NCBI GenBank assembly: GCA_964593675.1
Contig: CAZQIE010000004.1
Location: 7,267-71,266, forward strand
Length of the DNA stretch: 64,000 bases
Source of the DNA: an uncultured Opitutales bacterium
GTDB lineage: Bacteria > Verrucomicrobiota > Verrucomicrobiia > Opitutales > CAZQIE01
Reading direction: 5' to 3'
Below are positions 56,636 to 64,000 of the stretch, piece by piece. Numbering within the stretch: position 1 is the stretch's first letter; every line of letters starts with the position of its first letter. Position numbers and translations under genes: made by a program. The notes beneath the pieces are model-generated. The model was not told the origin of the DNA. It saw only the letters and a list, made by a program, of their open reading frames with translations, and did not search any database.

Positions 56636-59600
56636 GTTCCGGGGAAAGGTGTTCGGGTTCCGTTGGCTTCGGGTGCGGCTTGCGGAGGGCCGCGTACGTC
56701 ACGGGCACAAGGATCAGCGTGGCGAGTGTGGCAAAGATCAGACCCCCGATGACCGCGCGGCCCAACGGGGCGTTCTGCTCGCCGCCTTCGCTCAGGCTGA
56801 GGGCCATCGGCAGCATGCCGATGATCATCGCCATGGCTGTCATGAGGACGGGGCGCAGCCGGATGAGCGCGGCGCTCGCGGCGGCCTCAGCCGGGGTGTC
56901 TCCGGCGCGGAGGCGTTCGTTGGCGAAGGAAATGAGCAGGATCGAATTGGCCGTGCCGACGCCGATGCTCATGATCGCGCCCATCAGCGCGGGCACGCTC
57001 AAAGTCGTTCCCGTGCCGAAAAGTGCCCAGGCGATGCCGCAGAGGGCGCCCGGTATGGCCATGAGGATGATCACGGGTTCGAGCCAGGACTGGAAGTTCA
57101 CCACGAGGAGCAGGTAAACGAGCACGATGGCGAAAAGCAGCCCGTATCCAAGTTGTCGATACGACTGTTTCATCGCCAGGGCCTGTCCGCGCATCAGGAT
57201 GGACGAGCCCTTGGGCAGCTTCGCCTCGACTTCCTTCACCGCCTTCTCGACATCCCGGACCGCGGCGCCGAGGTCGCGACCTTCCACGTTGGCGAAGATG
57301 TCGAGCACCGGCTGCACATTGTAGTGGTTGACCACCCCGGGGGCTTCCGTGCGCTTGAGCGTCGCCAGGTTTGCGAGCAGCTGGGGCTCGCCGTCGCCCG
57401 TGCTTACAGGCGTATGCATGACCGCCTCGAGCGAGTCCACCCGGTACTGGGGAGTTTGAACAGCGACGCGGTAGTTCACGCCATTGCGCGGGTTGAGCCA
57501 GAAATTCGGGGCCGTCTGCGAGCTTGAGGAAAGCGACACGAGCACATCGCTGGCCACGTCCCTCTGGTTCAGGCCGAGCTCTTTCGCGCGGTCGCGGTCA
57601 ACCGTCACCGCGAGCGTCGGGGTGTGCATCGTCTGGTGTATCCGGACGTCCACTACACCGGGAATCTTTGAGATGCGCGCGGTAAGCTCGGTGGCGACGG
57701 GGTAGTTCTGGTCCGTCTTGCCGACAAGCTGGATGTCTATGGGCGCCGGAAGGCCGAAATTCAGGATTTGGCCCACGATATCGGCGGGCTGGAAGAAGAA
57801 CGTGCAATCGGGGAACTCGCGGGGGAGGTTGTTGCGCAGGCTTTGCACGATATCGGCTGTTGCCACGGTGCGGTCCTTCGACAGCGAGACGAGGATCTCG
57901 CCGTCCGCGGGCCCGAGCGTGGCCGCGTCCCCGTAGGTGAGGTTCACGCCGCCCGGAGGCAGCCCGATGTTGTCAAGCATGCGGTCCAGGTCGCCTGCCG
58001 GGATCTGGCGCCGTATGGATTCCTGGATGCGGGAAAAAAGGACGCTGGATTGCTCCAGCCGCGTGCCTTCGGGCGCCCGGACGTGCAGGCGGAACTGCCC
58101 GGCGTCCACCTGGGGGAAGAAGTCCTGGCCAAGGACGGGGAGGAGCACGGCTAGGGACAACCCGGCGAACCCGAAGCCCGCCGCCAGCGTGAGCCCGCGC
58201 CGTTGCAGGCAGCCGCGAAGGATGTCCTCGTAGGCCGCGCGGAGCTTGAGGAAGCCTGCGTTGGTGGCGTGGTGCAGGCGCGAGAGCAGCCCCGTGGGCG
58301 CCGTGCCGCCTTCACCCGCCGTGCCAACCTCGCTGTGGGCGTGGCTCTCGTGCTTGAGCAGCGCCTGCGTCATGGTCGGCACGACGGTGCGCGACAGCCA
58401 GTAGGAGGACATGATGGCAAAGACGGCGGCCATCGCGAGGGGCGAGAACAGGTAGTAAACGACGCCCTTGAGGAAGAACACGGGGATGAAGACGATGCAG
58501 ATGCAGGTCGTCGATACGAACGCGGGGGCGGCGATTTGCTGGGCGCCGTCGAGGATCGCCTGTTTCAGCGGCTTGCCGAGCGCAAGGTTGCGGTGGAGGT
58601 TCTCGATCTCAACCGTGGCGTCGTCCACGAGCACGCCGACCGCCAGTGCCAGGCCCCCGAGTGTCATCACATTCACCGTCTGGCCGAGCGCATACAGGCC
58701 GACCAGAGAGCACGCGATGGAGAGCGGGATGGACGTTGCCACGACCAGCGTGCTCCGTGCGGACCCGAGGAACAGCAGGATCATCCCGGCCGTCAGGAAC
58801 GCCGCGATGAGGGCCTCGTGTTGCACGCCTTCCAGCGCGGCCCTGACGAAAACGGACTGGTCGAAAAGGTAGCTCATCTCGAGGCCATCGGGCAGGGTGG
58901 CCTGGATTTTCGGAAGCACAGCCCGCACGCGCTCAATGATATCGAGCGTCGAGGCGGCGCCGCTCTTGAGCACCGTCAACAGGGTGGCGCGTCGGCCCTC
59001 CTGGTGGACAATGTTTGTCTGCGGGGAAAAGCCATCGCGCACGAGTGCGACGTCCCTCAGGAAGACGGTGGTATTCCCCACCCGTTTGATGGGCACGTTG
59101 TTCAGCGCCGCGAGCACGAGCGGGCTGCTGTTCATGACCACGTTGTATTCGCGGTCGCCGATCTTGGCCGTGCCGGTTGGCAGGATGACGTTCTGCGCGT
59201 TTACGGCCTCGGACACGTCCGAGGGCGAAAGGCCCTTCGCCTGCAATGCCTGCAGGTCCAGATCCACGACCACCTGGCGGAGCTTGCCGCCGTAGGGCAG
59301 GGGGACCTGGGCGCCCTGGACGGTTGCCAACTGCGTTCTCAGGAACTGGGTGGCGATATCCTGGATTTCCTGCTCGCTGAGCACCTTGCTGCTGATCGCC
59401 AGCTGGAGGATCGGCACGTTCGAGGCGCTGTAACGCACGATCAGCGGGGGCGTCGCTCCGGGGGGCATCGTGCGCACGAGCGTCTGGTTGATTGCCGTCA
59501 CCTGCGCCACCGCGGCGTCAATGTGGGCGCCCTCGTGGAAGAACACCTTGATCACGCACACCCCGTTGAGCGTCTGCGATTCGATGTGCTCGATATCGTT

Positions 59601-59825
59601 GACGGTCGTGGTCATCGCGCGCTCGCAGACGGTCGTGATGCGACGCTCGAATTCCTGGGGGGGCAGGCCGTTGTAGCTCCAGACGACGGCGACGACGGGC
59701 AGGTCAACGGACGGGAAAATGTCCTTGGCCATGCGCAGGAAGCTCAAGGCTCCCAGGAGCATGAGCAGGATGGCCAACACGGCGAACGTGTAAGGCTTGC
59801 TCAGCGCTAACCGGACGATCCACAT
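56622..59825 (-). CDS. RND efflux permease (AcrB/HAE1-like)
   Basis: The internal ATG at 59825 (MWIVRLALSKPYTFAVLAILLMLLG). 12-TM architecture with two large periplasmic loops. The upstream 65 codons of the track ORF are unlikely to be coding. Confidence 0.93.
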   Translation of the reverse strand: MWIVRLALSKPYTFAVLAILLMLLGALSFLRMAKDIFPSVDLPVVAVVWSYNGLPPQEFERRITTVCERAMTTTVNDIEHIESQTLNGVCVIKVFFHEGAHIDAAVAQVTAINQTLVRTMPPGATPPLIVRYSASNVPILQLAISSKVLSEQEIQDIATQFLRTQLATVQGAQVPLPYGGKLRQVVVDLDLQALQAKGLSPSDVSEAVNAQNVILPTGTAKIGDREYNVVMNSSPLVLAALNNVPIKRVGNTTVFLRDVALVRDGFSPQTNIVHQEGRRATLLTVLKSGAASTLDIIERVRAVLPKIQATLPDGLEMSYLFDQSVFVRAALEGVQHEALIAAFLTAGMILLFLGSARSTLVVATSIPLSIACSLVGLYALGQTVNVMTLGGLALAVGVLVDDATVEIENLHRNLALGKPLKQAILDGAQQIAAPAFVSTTCICIVFIPVFFLKGVVYYLFSPLAMAAVFAIMSSYWLSRTVVPTMTQALLKHESHAHSEVGTAGEGGTAPTGLLSRLHHATNAGFLKLRAAYEDILRGCLQRRGLTLAAGFGFAGLSLAVLLPVLGQDFFPQVDAGQFRLHVRAPEGTRLEQSSVLFSRIQESIRRQIPAGDLDRMLDNIGLPPGGVNLTYGDAATLGPADGEILVSLSKDRTVATADIVQSLRNNLPREFPDCTFFFQPADIVGQILNFGLPAPIDIQLVGKTDQNYPVATELTARISKIPGVVDVRIHQTMHTPTLAVTVDRDRAKELGLNQRDVASDVLVSLSSSSQTAPNFWLNPRNGVNYRVAVQTPQYRVDSLEAVMHTPVSTGDGEPQLLANLATLKRTEAPGVVNHYNVQPVLDIFANVEGRDLGAAVRDVEKAVKEVEAKLPKGSSILMRGQALAMKQSYRQLGYGLLFAIVLVYLLLVVNFQSWLEPVIILMAIPGALCGIAWALFGTGTTLSVPALMGAIMSIGVGTANSILLISFANERLRAGDTPAEAAASAALIRLRPVLMTAMAMIIGMLPMALSLSEGGEQNAPLGRAVIGGLIFATLATLILVPVTYAALRKPHPKPTEPEHLSPEHAES

Positions 59826-60018
59826 GGGCAAATGGCCCGCCGCGACCACGCACAGTCGCCTGCGGGTAAGCCGACCAGCGTGCAGCCGACCGCTTGTGGG
59901 CGCAAGACCAACCCGCCAGTTCCCTTTGGCCTTATTCGCACCCGGTCGGGCGTGCGCGTTTTGGCCCGTAAGAGCATTGGGCTTGAGCGCATGAACGCGC
60001 TGGCCGATAACGCGGCAC

Positions 60019-60792
60019 ATGGTCTACGTGCTCGTTCCGCTGGCCGCGTTGTTGGCCTCCGCGCTCACGCTGTTTTCCGGGTTTGGGCTCGGCACACTCC
60101 TCATGCCGGTCATGGCGGTCTTCTTTCCCGTGGACCTCGCGGTCGCGCTTACGGCCGTCGTGCACCTCCTGAACAACCTGTTCAAGCTCGCGCTCGTCGG
60201 GCGGGCGGCAGACCCGCGGGCGGTCCTGCGGTTTGGTGTGCCGGCGATTCTGGCGGCGCTCGCAGGGGCGGCGCTCCTGACGGTTCTCGCGGACCTGCCT
60301 TCGCTCGGCTCCTACGAGCTGGCCGGTGCCACGTTTCAGCTGCACCCGGTAAAGCTTGCGGTGGCTGCCGTCATGGCGCTGCTGGCCGTGGTGGAGCTTT
60401 TGCCCGCGTTTGAGCGTCTCCAGTTCGACGCCCGCTGGATGCCCCTGGGCGGCCTGATCAGCGGCTTCTTTGGTGGGCTTTCCGGACACCAGGGCGCGTT
60501 GAGGTCGGCGTTCCTCGTGCGCTCCGGCTTGGCCAAGGAAGCCTTCATTGGCACGGGCGTCGTGTTGGCCTGCCTGGTGGACGTCACGCGCCTGTCGGTC
60601 TATGGCGCCCATTTTGCGAGCGCGGGCCTGGGTGAGAACGGCGGCCTCCTTGCGCTCGCCACGGGGGCGGCCTTTGCGGGGGCCTTCATTGGGGCGCGCC
60701 TCATGAAGAAGGTGACGATCCGGACAATCCAGATCCTCGTCTCCGGCCTCCTTTTGCTGATCGCCGCCTTGCTCGCGCTCGGCATGCTCTGA
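60019..60792 (+). CDS. TauE/SafE (DUF81) family anion exporter
   Basis: 257 aa with 7-8 hydrophobic spans and internal duplication. GFGLGTLLMP and GGLSGHQGALRSAFL motifs. Confidence 0.85.
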   Translation: MVYVLVPLAALLASALTLFSGFGLGTLLMPVMAVFFPVDLAVALTAVVHLLNNLFKLALVGRAADPRAVLRFGVPAILAALAGAALLTVLADLPSLGSYELAGATFQLHPVKLAVAAVMALLAVVELLPAFERLQFDARWMPLGGLISGFFGGLSGHQGALRSAFLVRSGLAKEAFIGTGVVLACLVDVTRLSVYGAHFASAGLGENGGLLALATGAAFAGAFIGARLMKKVTIRTIQILVSGLLLLIAALLALGML

Positions 60793-60837
60793 GGGCCTTC
60801 ATTTTCGCGGAAAAGTGCGGCCTTGAAGGCCATTTGC

Positions 60838-60942
60838 TGGTCACTCCGCCGACGCGGCGGCGAGCGTGACGCCCCTTTCTCGCGTCGGCGCGGGGTGTTG
60901 GAACGGCGTGAACGGGTGCGACGACTTGAAATACAACTGCCT
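60838..60942. repeat. Remnant of the MITE-like family (core plus right arm only)
   Basis: ccgccgacgcggcggcgagcgtgacgcccc matches the 40.0-kb copy core. The right arm is TGCGACGACTTGAAatacaactgcc. No recognisable left arm. Confidence 0.35.
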
Positions 60943-61034
60943 TAGCCTCTCTGGGGCAGCGGTTTGGGGGTTCGGCTCGAAGATTTTTCAGATTTTGTTC
61001 AAGTCTGTCAGGAGGCGGACGACTTCTATTCCTG

Positions 61035-61256
61035 ATGGATCCAATAGCTGCAGGCGTAGCGATGATAGCCGCGCAGAGCCAAGTTGCTCGCTCGGACGCC
61101 ACGTTGCGCCTGGTCAAAAACAGCGCCGATCAACAGGCGCAAGCGGTGGAAGCCCTCGTGGCGGCCGCCGTTCAGCTGAACGTTCCTACCTACAGCGGTT
61201 CCGGCGCCGCCTCGCCGGGCAGCATACCCGGCCAGCTCCTGAGCGCCCTGGCCTAG
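61035..61256 (+). CDS. Small YjfB-like (putative motility protein family) protein
   Basis: 73 aa. The pattern ...AMIAAQSQVARSDATLRLVKNSADQQAQAVEALV resembles pfam YjfB_motility. A good terminator follows. Confidence 0.5.
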   Translation: MDPIAAGVAMIAAQSQVARSDATLRLVKNSADQQAQAVEALVAAAVQLNVPTYSGSGAASPGSIPGQLLSALA

Positions 61257-61292
61257 CCCACAACTATTGTCAGTGCCGTTGTAGATACCAAC

Positions 61293-61334
61293 GAGCCCCG
61301 GCCTCTTGCGAAGGGCCGGGGCTCACTTGTTTTC
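61293..61334. terminator. Rho-independent terminator between convergent genes
   Basis: gagccccggcc / ggccggggctc 11-bp stem, then acttgttttc. Confidence 0.7.
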
Positions 61335-61354
61335 GGTAAAACGGGCAGGGCCGG

Positions 61355-62533
61355 TTACTTCACGAATTCCGCCAGCGCCGCGATGACCTCGTCCTGCTGC
61401 GCACGCGACAGTTCGGGATAGACCGGGATGCTCAGGACCTCCGAGGCCAGGCGTTTTGCCACGACCGAGCCTTGGCCTTTGCCGCGGAGCGGGGCGAAGC
61501 ATTCCTGGTCTTCCAGCACGAGCGGGTAGTAGACGTCGTGCCCGATCTGCTTGCGTTGCAGGTGCTCGCGCAGCGCGTCTCGGCGGCCGGTGCCGGGCAC
61601 GCGGAGGGTGAACTGGTTCCAGATGTGGCCGTTATGCGGGCATGCGGCGGGCAGGATGAGTTTTGCGCCCGCGGGGGCGTCCACCGTCGCGCCATGGCAG
61701 CAATGGGCGATGTCAGCCACGGCTACTCCCGGCAACGACTTCAGCTTCTCAAGGTAATAGGCGGCGTTCGCCTGGCGCCGGGCGTTGTAGCCGTCGTAGT
61801 GGGGCAACTTTACGCCGAGCAGCGCGCATTGGAGCGCATCCAGGCGGAAGTTCGCTCCGACAAACTTGTGGTAATACTTGGGCTTCATCCCGTGGACGCG
61901 CAGGATGCGGGCCTTGTCGGCAAGCGCGTCGTCGTTTGTCACGAGGAGGCCACCGTCGCCAAAGCCGCCGAGGTTCTTTGAGGGGAAGAAGCTGTACGTG
62001 CCGAACTCGCCAAAAGTCCCCACCTGGCGCCCCTTGTACGTGGCCCCGAGCGACTGTGCGCAGTCCTCAACCACCGCCAGTTTGTGCTGCTTTGCCAACG
62101 CCAGCACGGCGTCCATGTCCGCCGCCTGGCCAAACAGGTGGACGGGCAGGATGGCCTTTGTGCGCGGTGTCACCTTCGCCGCCGCCTCGCGCACATCGAG
62201 GTTGAAGCAAGCCGGGCAGGCGTCCACGAACACCGGGGTGGCCCCGAGGCGGTGGACGGAGCCAGCCGTGGCGAAGAACGTAAAGGTGGGCACGAGGACC
62301 TCGTCCCCGGGGCCGATGCCGAGGGCCATCAGGGCGAGCACGAGGGCGTCCGTCCCTGACGAAACGGTGACGGCGTGCTTGACGCCGATTTTGGCGGCGA
62401 GGGCGGCCTCCAGCGCATCGACTTCGGGCCCGAGGATGAACATGCCGGACTGGAGCACGCGCTCAAACGCACGTTTCAGTTCGGGCTCAAGCGCCGCGTT
62501 CTGGGTCTTCAGGTCGAGAAGGGGGACTCCCAT
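61355..62533 (-). CDS. DegT/DnrJ/EryC1/StrS-family sugar aminotransferase
   Basis: SGTDALVLAL, FFATAG, and the PLP-lysine region YSFFPSKNLGGFGDGG. Confidence 0.9.
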   Translation of the reverse strand: MGVPLLDLKTQNAALEPELKRAFERVLQSGMFILGPEVDALEAALAAKIGVKHAVTVSSGTDALVLALMALGIGPGDEVLVPTFTFFATAGSVHRLGATPVFVDACPACFNLDVREAAAKVTPRTKAILPVHLFGQAADMDAVLALAKQHKLAVVEDCAQSLGATYKGRQVGTFGEFGTYSFFPSKNLGGFGDGGLLVTNDDALADKARILRVHGMKPKYYHKFVGANFRLDALQCALLGVKLPHYDGYNARRQANAAYYLEKLKSLPGVAVADIAHCCHGATVDAPAGAKLILPAACPHNGHIWNQFTLRVPGTGRRDALREHLQRKQIGHDVYYPLVLEDQECFAPLRGKGQGSVVAKRLASEVLSIPVYPELSRAQQDEVIAALAEFVK

Positions 62534-62749
62534 ACGTCTGGTCTCAAAAAGTTCGGGTTAGGTCCGCAAAGCCCCGGCCAACGCCGGTTGCCTTCGCGAA
62601 GCCCCATACTTTGGGCGTCCCCGCCCGCCACGGCGAGGCAAATTCCCGCCCCCTGCGTACGGCATACGCCTACGTCCAAAACTGGCTCCTTCGTGCGAAC
62701 AGGGGCAGCGCCCGCTGCATCGCTTTCACCCGACCCCAACCGGTGGGGC

Positions 62750-63418
62750 TTAGTCGCCCTTGGGCGGGTTCTGCTGGGTCTGCGCGAGGGTGACGAGGCC
62801 CTTGTCGATGGCGTAACGCGTGAGGCCCGCAATGCCATGCAGGTTCAGTTTCTGCATGAGGTGCGCCCGGTGCGTCTCCGCGGTCTTCGTGCTGATGTTC
62901 AGGCGCGTCGCAATCTCCTTGCTGCTGTAGCCTTCTGCAATCAGCTGCAACACTTCGCGCTCGCGGGAGGACAGGGATTCGAGCGAATCGTCCTGCTCCG
63001 GGTTGATCATGATCTGGCGCGTAATGCTTACAACCGCCGGCCCGAGGTAGGTTTCCCCGGCAAGCACCGTCTTGATCGCCTTCTGCATCTCGGCGAGCCC
63101 GGCCGTCTTCTCAATGATCCCATTCGCGCCAGCCTTCAGCGCCTGACGCACCATGCCCGACGAAAAATACGCGGAAAACAGCAACACCACGGTCTGCGGG
63201 GCCTTTTCCTTGATGCGCCGGAGGATCTCCAGCCCATTCAGGGAGGGGAGCTTAACGTCCGAGAGCACCAAGTCAGGCTTGAGCTTCGCGCAGGCATCCC
63301 AGCCTTCCTGACCGTCGCCATAAGTGCCGACCAACGTGCAGCCCGGGTAGCCTTGAAGGACCTCAACGAGGAGATCCCTCAGCATCGTCTCGTCCTCAAT
63401 AATGACAACTTTCTTCAT
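62750..63418 (-). CDS. NarL/FixJ-type response regulator (REC plus LuxR HTH)
   Basis: MKKVVIIEDE..., the phospho-acceptor region DLVLSDVKLP, and C-terminal LSSREREVLQLIAEGYSSKEIATRLNISTKTAETHR. Confidence 0.9.
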   Translation of the reverse strand: MKKVVIIEDETMLRDLLVEVLQGYPGCTLVGTYGDGQEGWDACAKLKPDLVLSDVKLPSLNGLEILRRIKEKAPQTVVLLFSAYFSSGMVRQALKAGANGIIEKTAGLAEMQKAIKTVLAGETYLGPAVVSITRQIMINPEQDDSLESLSSREREVLQLIAEGYSSKEIATRLNISTKTAETHRAHLMQKLNLHGIAGLTRYAIDKGLVTLAQTQQNPPKGD

Positions 63419-63568
63419 GTGCTCCGGCTTTTGTTAACCCGCAGTGGTGAGGCTGTTGGGCGACGCGTTAAGGCACTTCCTGCCGCTCCTTATCTACTGG
63501 AAATATTACGGCATGCAAGCCTTCCCTTGGCCTGCGGTAAAAAAACAGCAACGCACCGACCCGCCCGG

Positions 63569-64000
63569 TCACTTTTTTGCGGGCTGATAGCGGTTTAACA
63601 TTTTCACCAACTTGCGGGCGTTTTCAGGAACCTCAAACTTCTGGTCAAACAGGACGTGCGGGGCGGAGATGCCGGCGTTGGCGTAATAGACGCGGTTCGC
63701 CGCGTTGTCCGTCCTCAGGATCTCCGTTTTCAGGGACAGGCCGACTTCCGCGCCGCTCTCGATTTCCTCGTAAACCAAAACCGCCGCGTTCTTGAGGAGA
63801 TGCTCAGGCGGGTTGCCGCCCGTGGGGCCGGCGGCCACAACGCCCACCACGCCGAAGTCCCAGCGCTCGCGGTGCAGCACTTCGAGGGCGCTGTCCTTCA
63901 ACAGGATGACGACGGAGCTGGAAGTGCGTGCGCCGATCTGCACACCCGCGCTGCCCGAATCCATCGTGTAAAACGCGGGAGGGCTCCACTTGCCGTCGGG
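63569..64000 (-). CDS. SYLF (Ysc84/DUF500) lipid-binding domain protein, 5' partial (continues beyond the window end)
   Basis: The minus-strand frame stays open to base 64000 (..PDGKWSPPAFYTMDSGSAGVQIGARTSSSVVILL..), matching the SYLF pattern W..P.F......GS.G.QIG. Confidence 0.75.
   Translation of the reverse strand, partial: PDGKWSPPAFYTMDSGSAGVQIGARTSSSVVILLKDSALEVLHRERWDFGVVGVVAAGPTGGNPPEHLLKNAAVLVYEEIESGAEVGLSLKTEILRTDNAANRVYYANAGISAPHVLFDQKFEVPENARKLVKMLNRYQPAKK

Overview
This is a high-GC bacterial chromosomal segment. The gene content (a PEP-CTERM protein, a bacterial GDP-mannose 3,5-epimerase, a methylmalonyl-CoA propionate pathway) suggests a Verrucomicrobiota/Opitutales-like genome, but that is inference only. 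Almost every long ORF has a long antisense shadow ORF rich in R/G/A/P. I called genes only where the translated protein carries recognisable family motifs. Layout by coordinate: 1-4.8 kb holds the gyrB (5' partial) and gyrA operon with a clean terminator. 5-15 kb is housekeeping and miscellaneous: a serine-palmitoyltransferase-like alpha-oxoamine synthase, lysine 2,3-aminomutase, ArsR, carA, a two-gene glycoside-hydrolase pair and fabV. 15.4-31.5 kb is a 13-gene glycan locus and the most unusual part of the window. It contains GDP-mannose 3,5-epimerase overlapping a nucleotide-sugar dehydrogenase, two GT2-type transferases, five methyltransferase domains, a heptose-activation module (gmhA plus a nucleotidyltransferase-kinase fusion in reversed domain order) and an SDR epimerase. 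No flippase, polymerase, ABC exporter or priming transferase is present. 32-42 kb holds dsbD, an orphan solute-binding protein, small envelope proteins, a LamG protein, a tandem hsp20 pair behind a sigma-54-type promoter, slyX, an SRAP/YedK peptidase with a long disordered tail, tRNA-Leu(CAA), a LacI regulator and a PEP-CTERM protein. 42.6-51.8 kb is a divergent succinate-to-propionate supercluster: mutA/mutB on one side, and epimerase, carboxyltransferase, an OadG-like protein, BCCP and a CoA transferase on the other. 51.9-64 kb holds rph, sppA, a methyltransferase, an RND pump pair, TauE, a small YjfB-like protein, a DegT aminotransferase, a NarL-type response regulator and a partial SYLF-domain gene. 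Two families of intergenic repeats are interleaved with these genes. The first is a hairpin-type MITE-like element with TA flanks and a conserved TTCARGTTGTCGCG arm; in three cases it begins inside the stop codon of the adjacent gene. The second is a tandemly arrayed unit of roughly 55-90 nt carrying a perfectly conserved 18-mer, ATCGGCCCACGCCGTGCG. No CRISPR array, transposase, integrase or rRNA was found.
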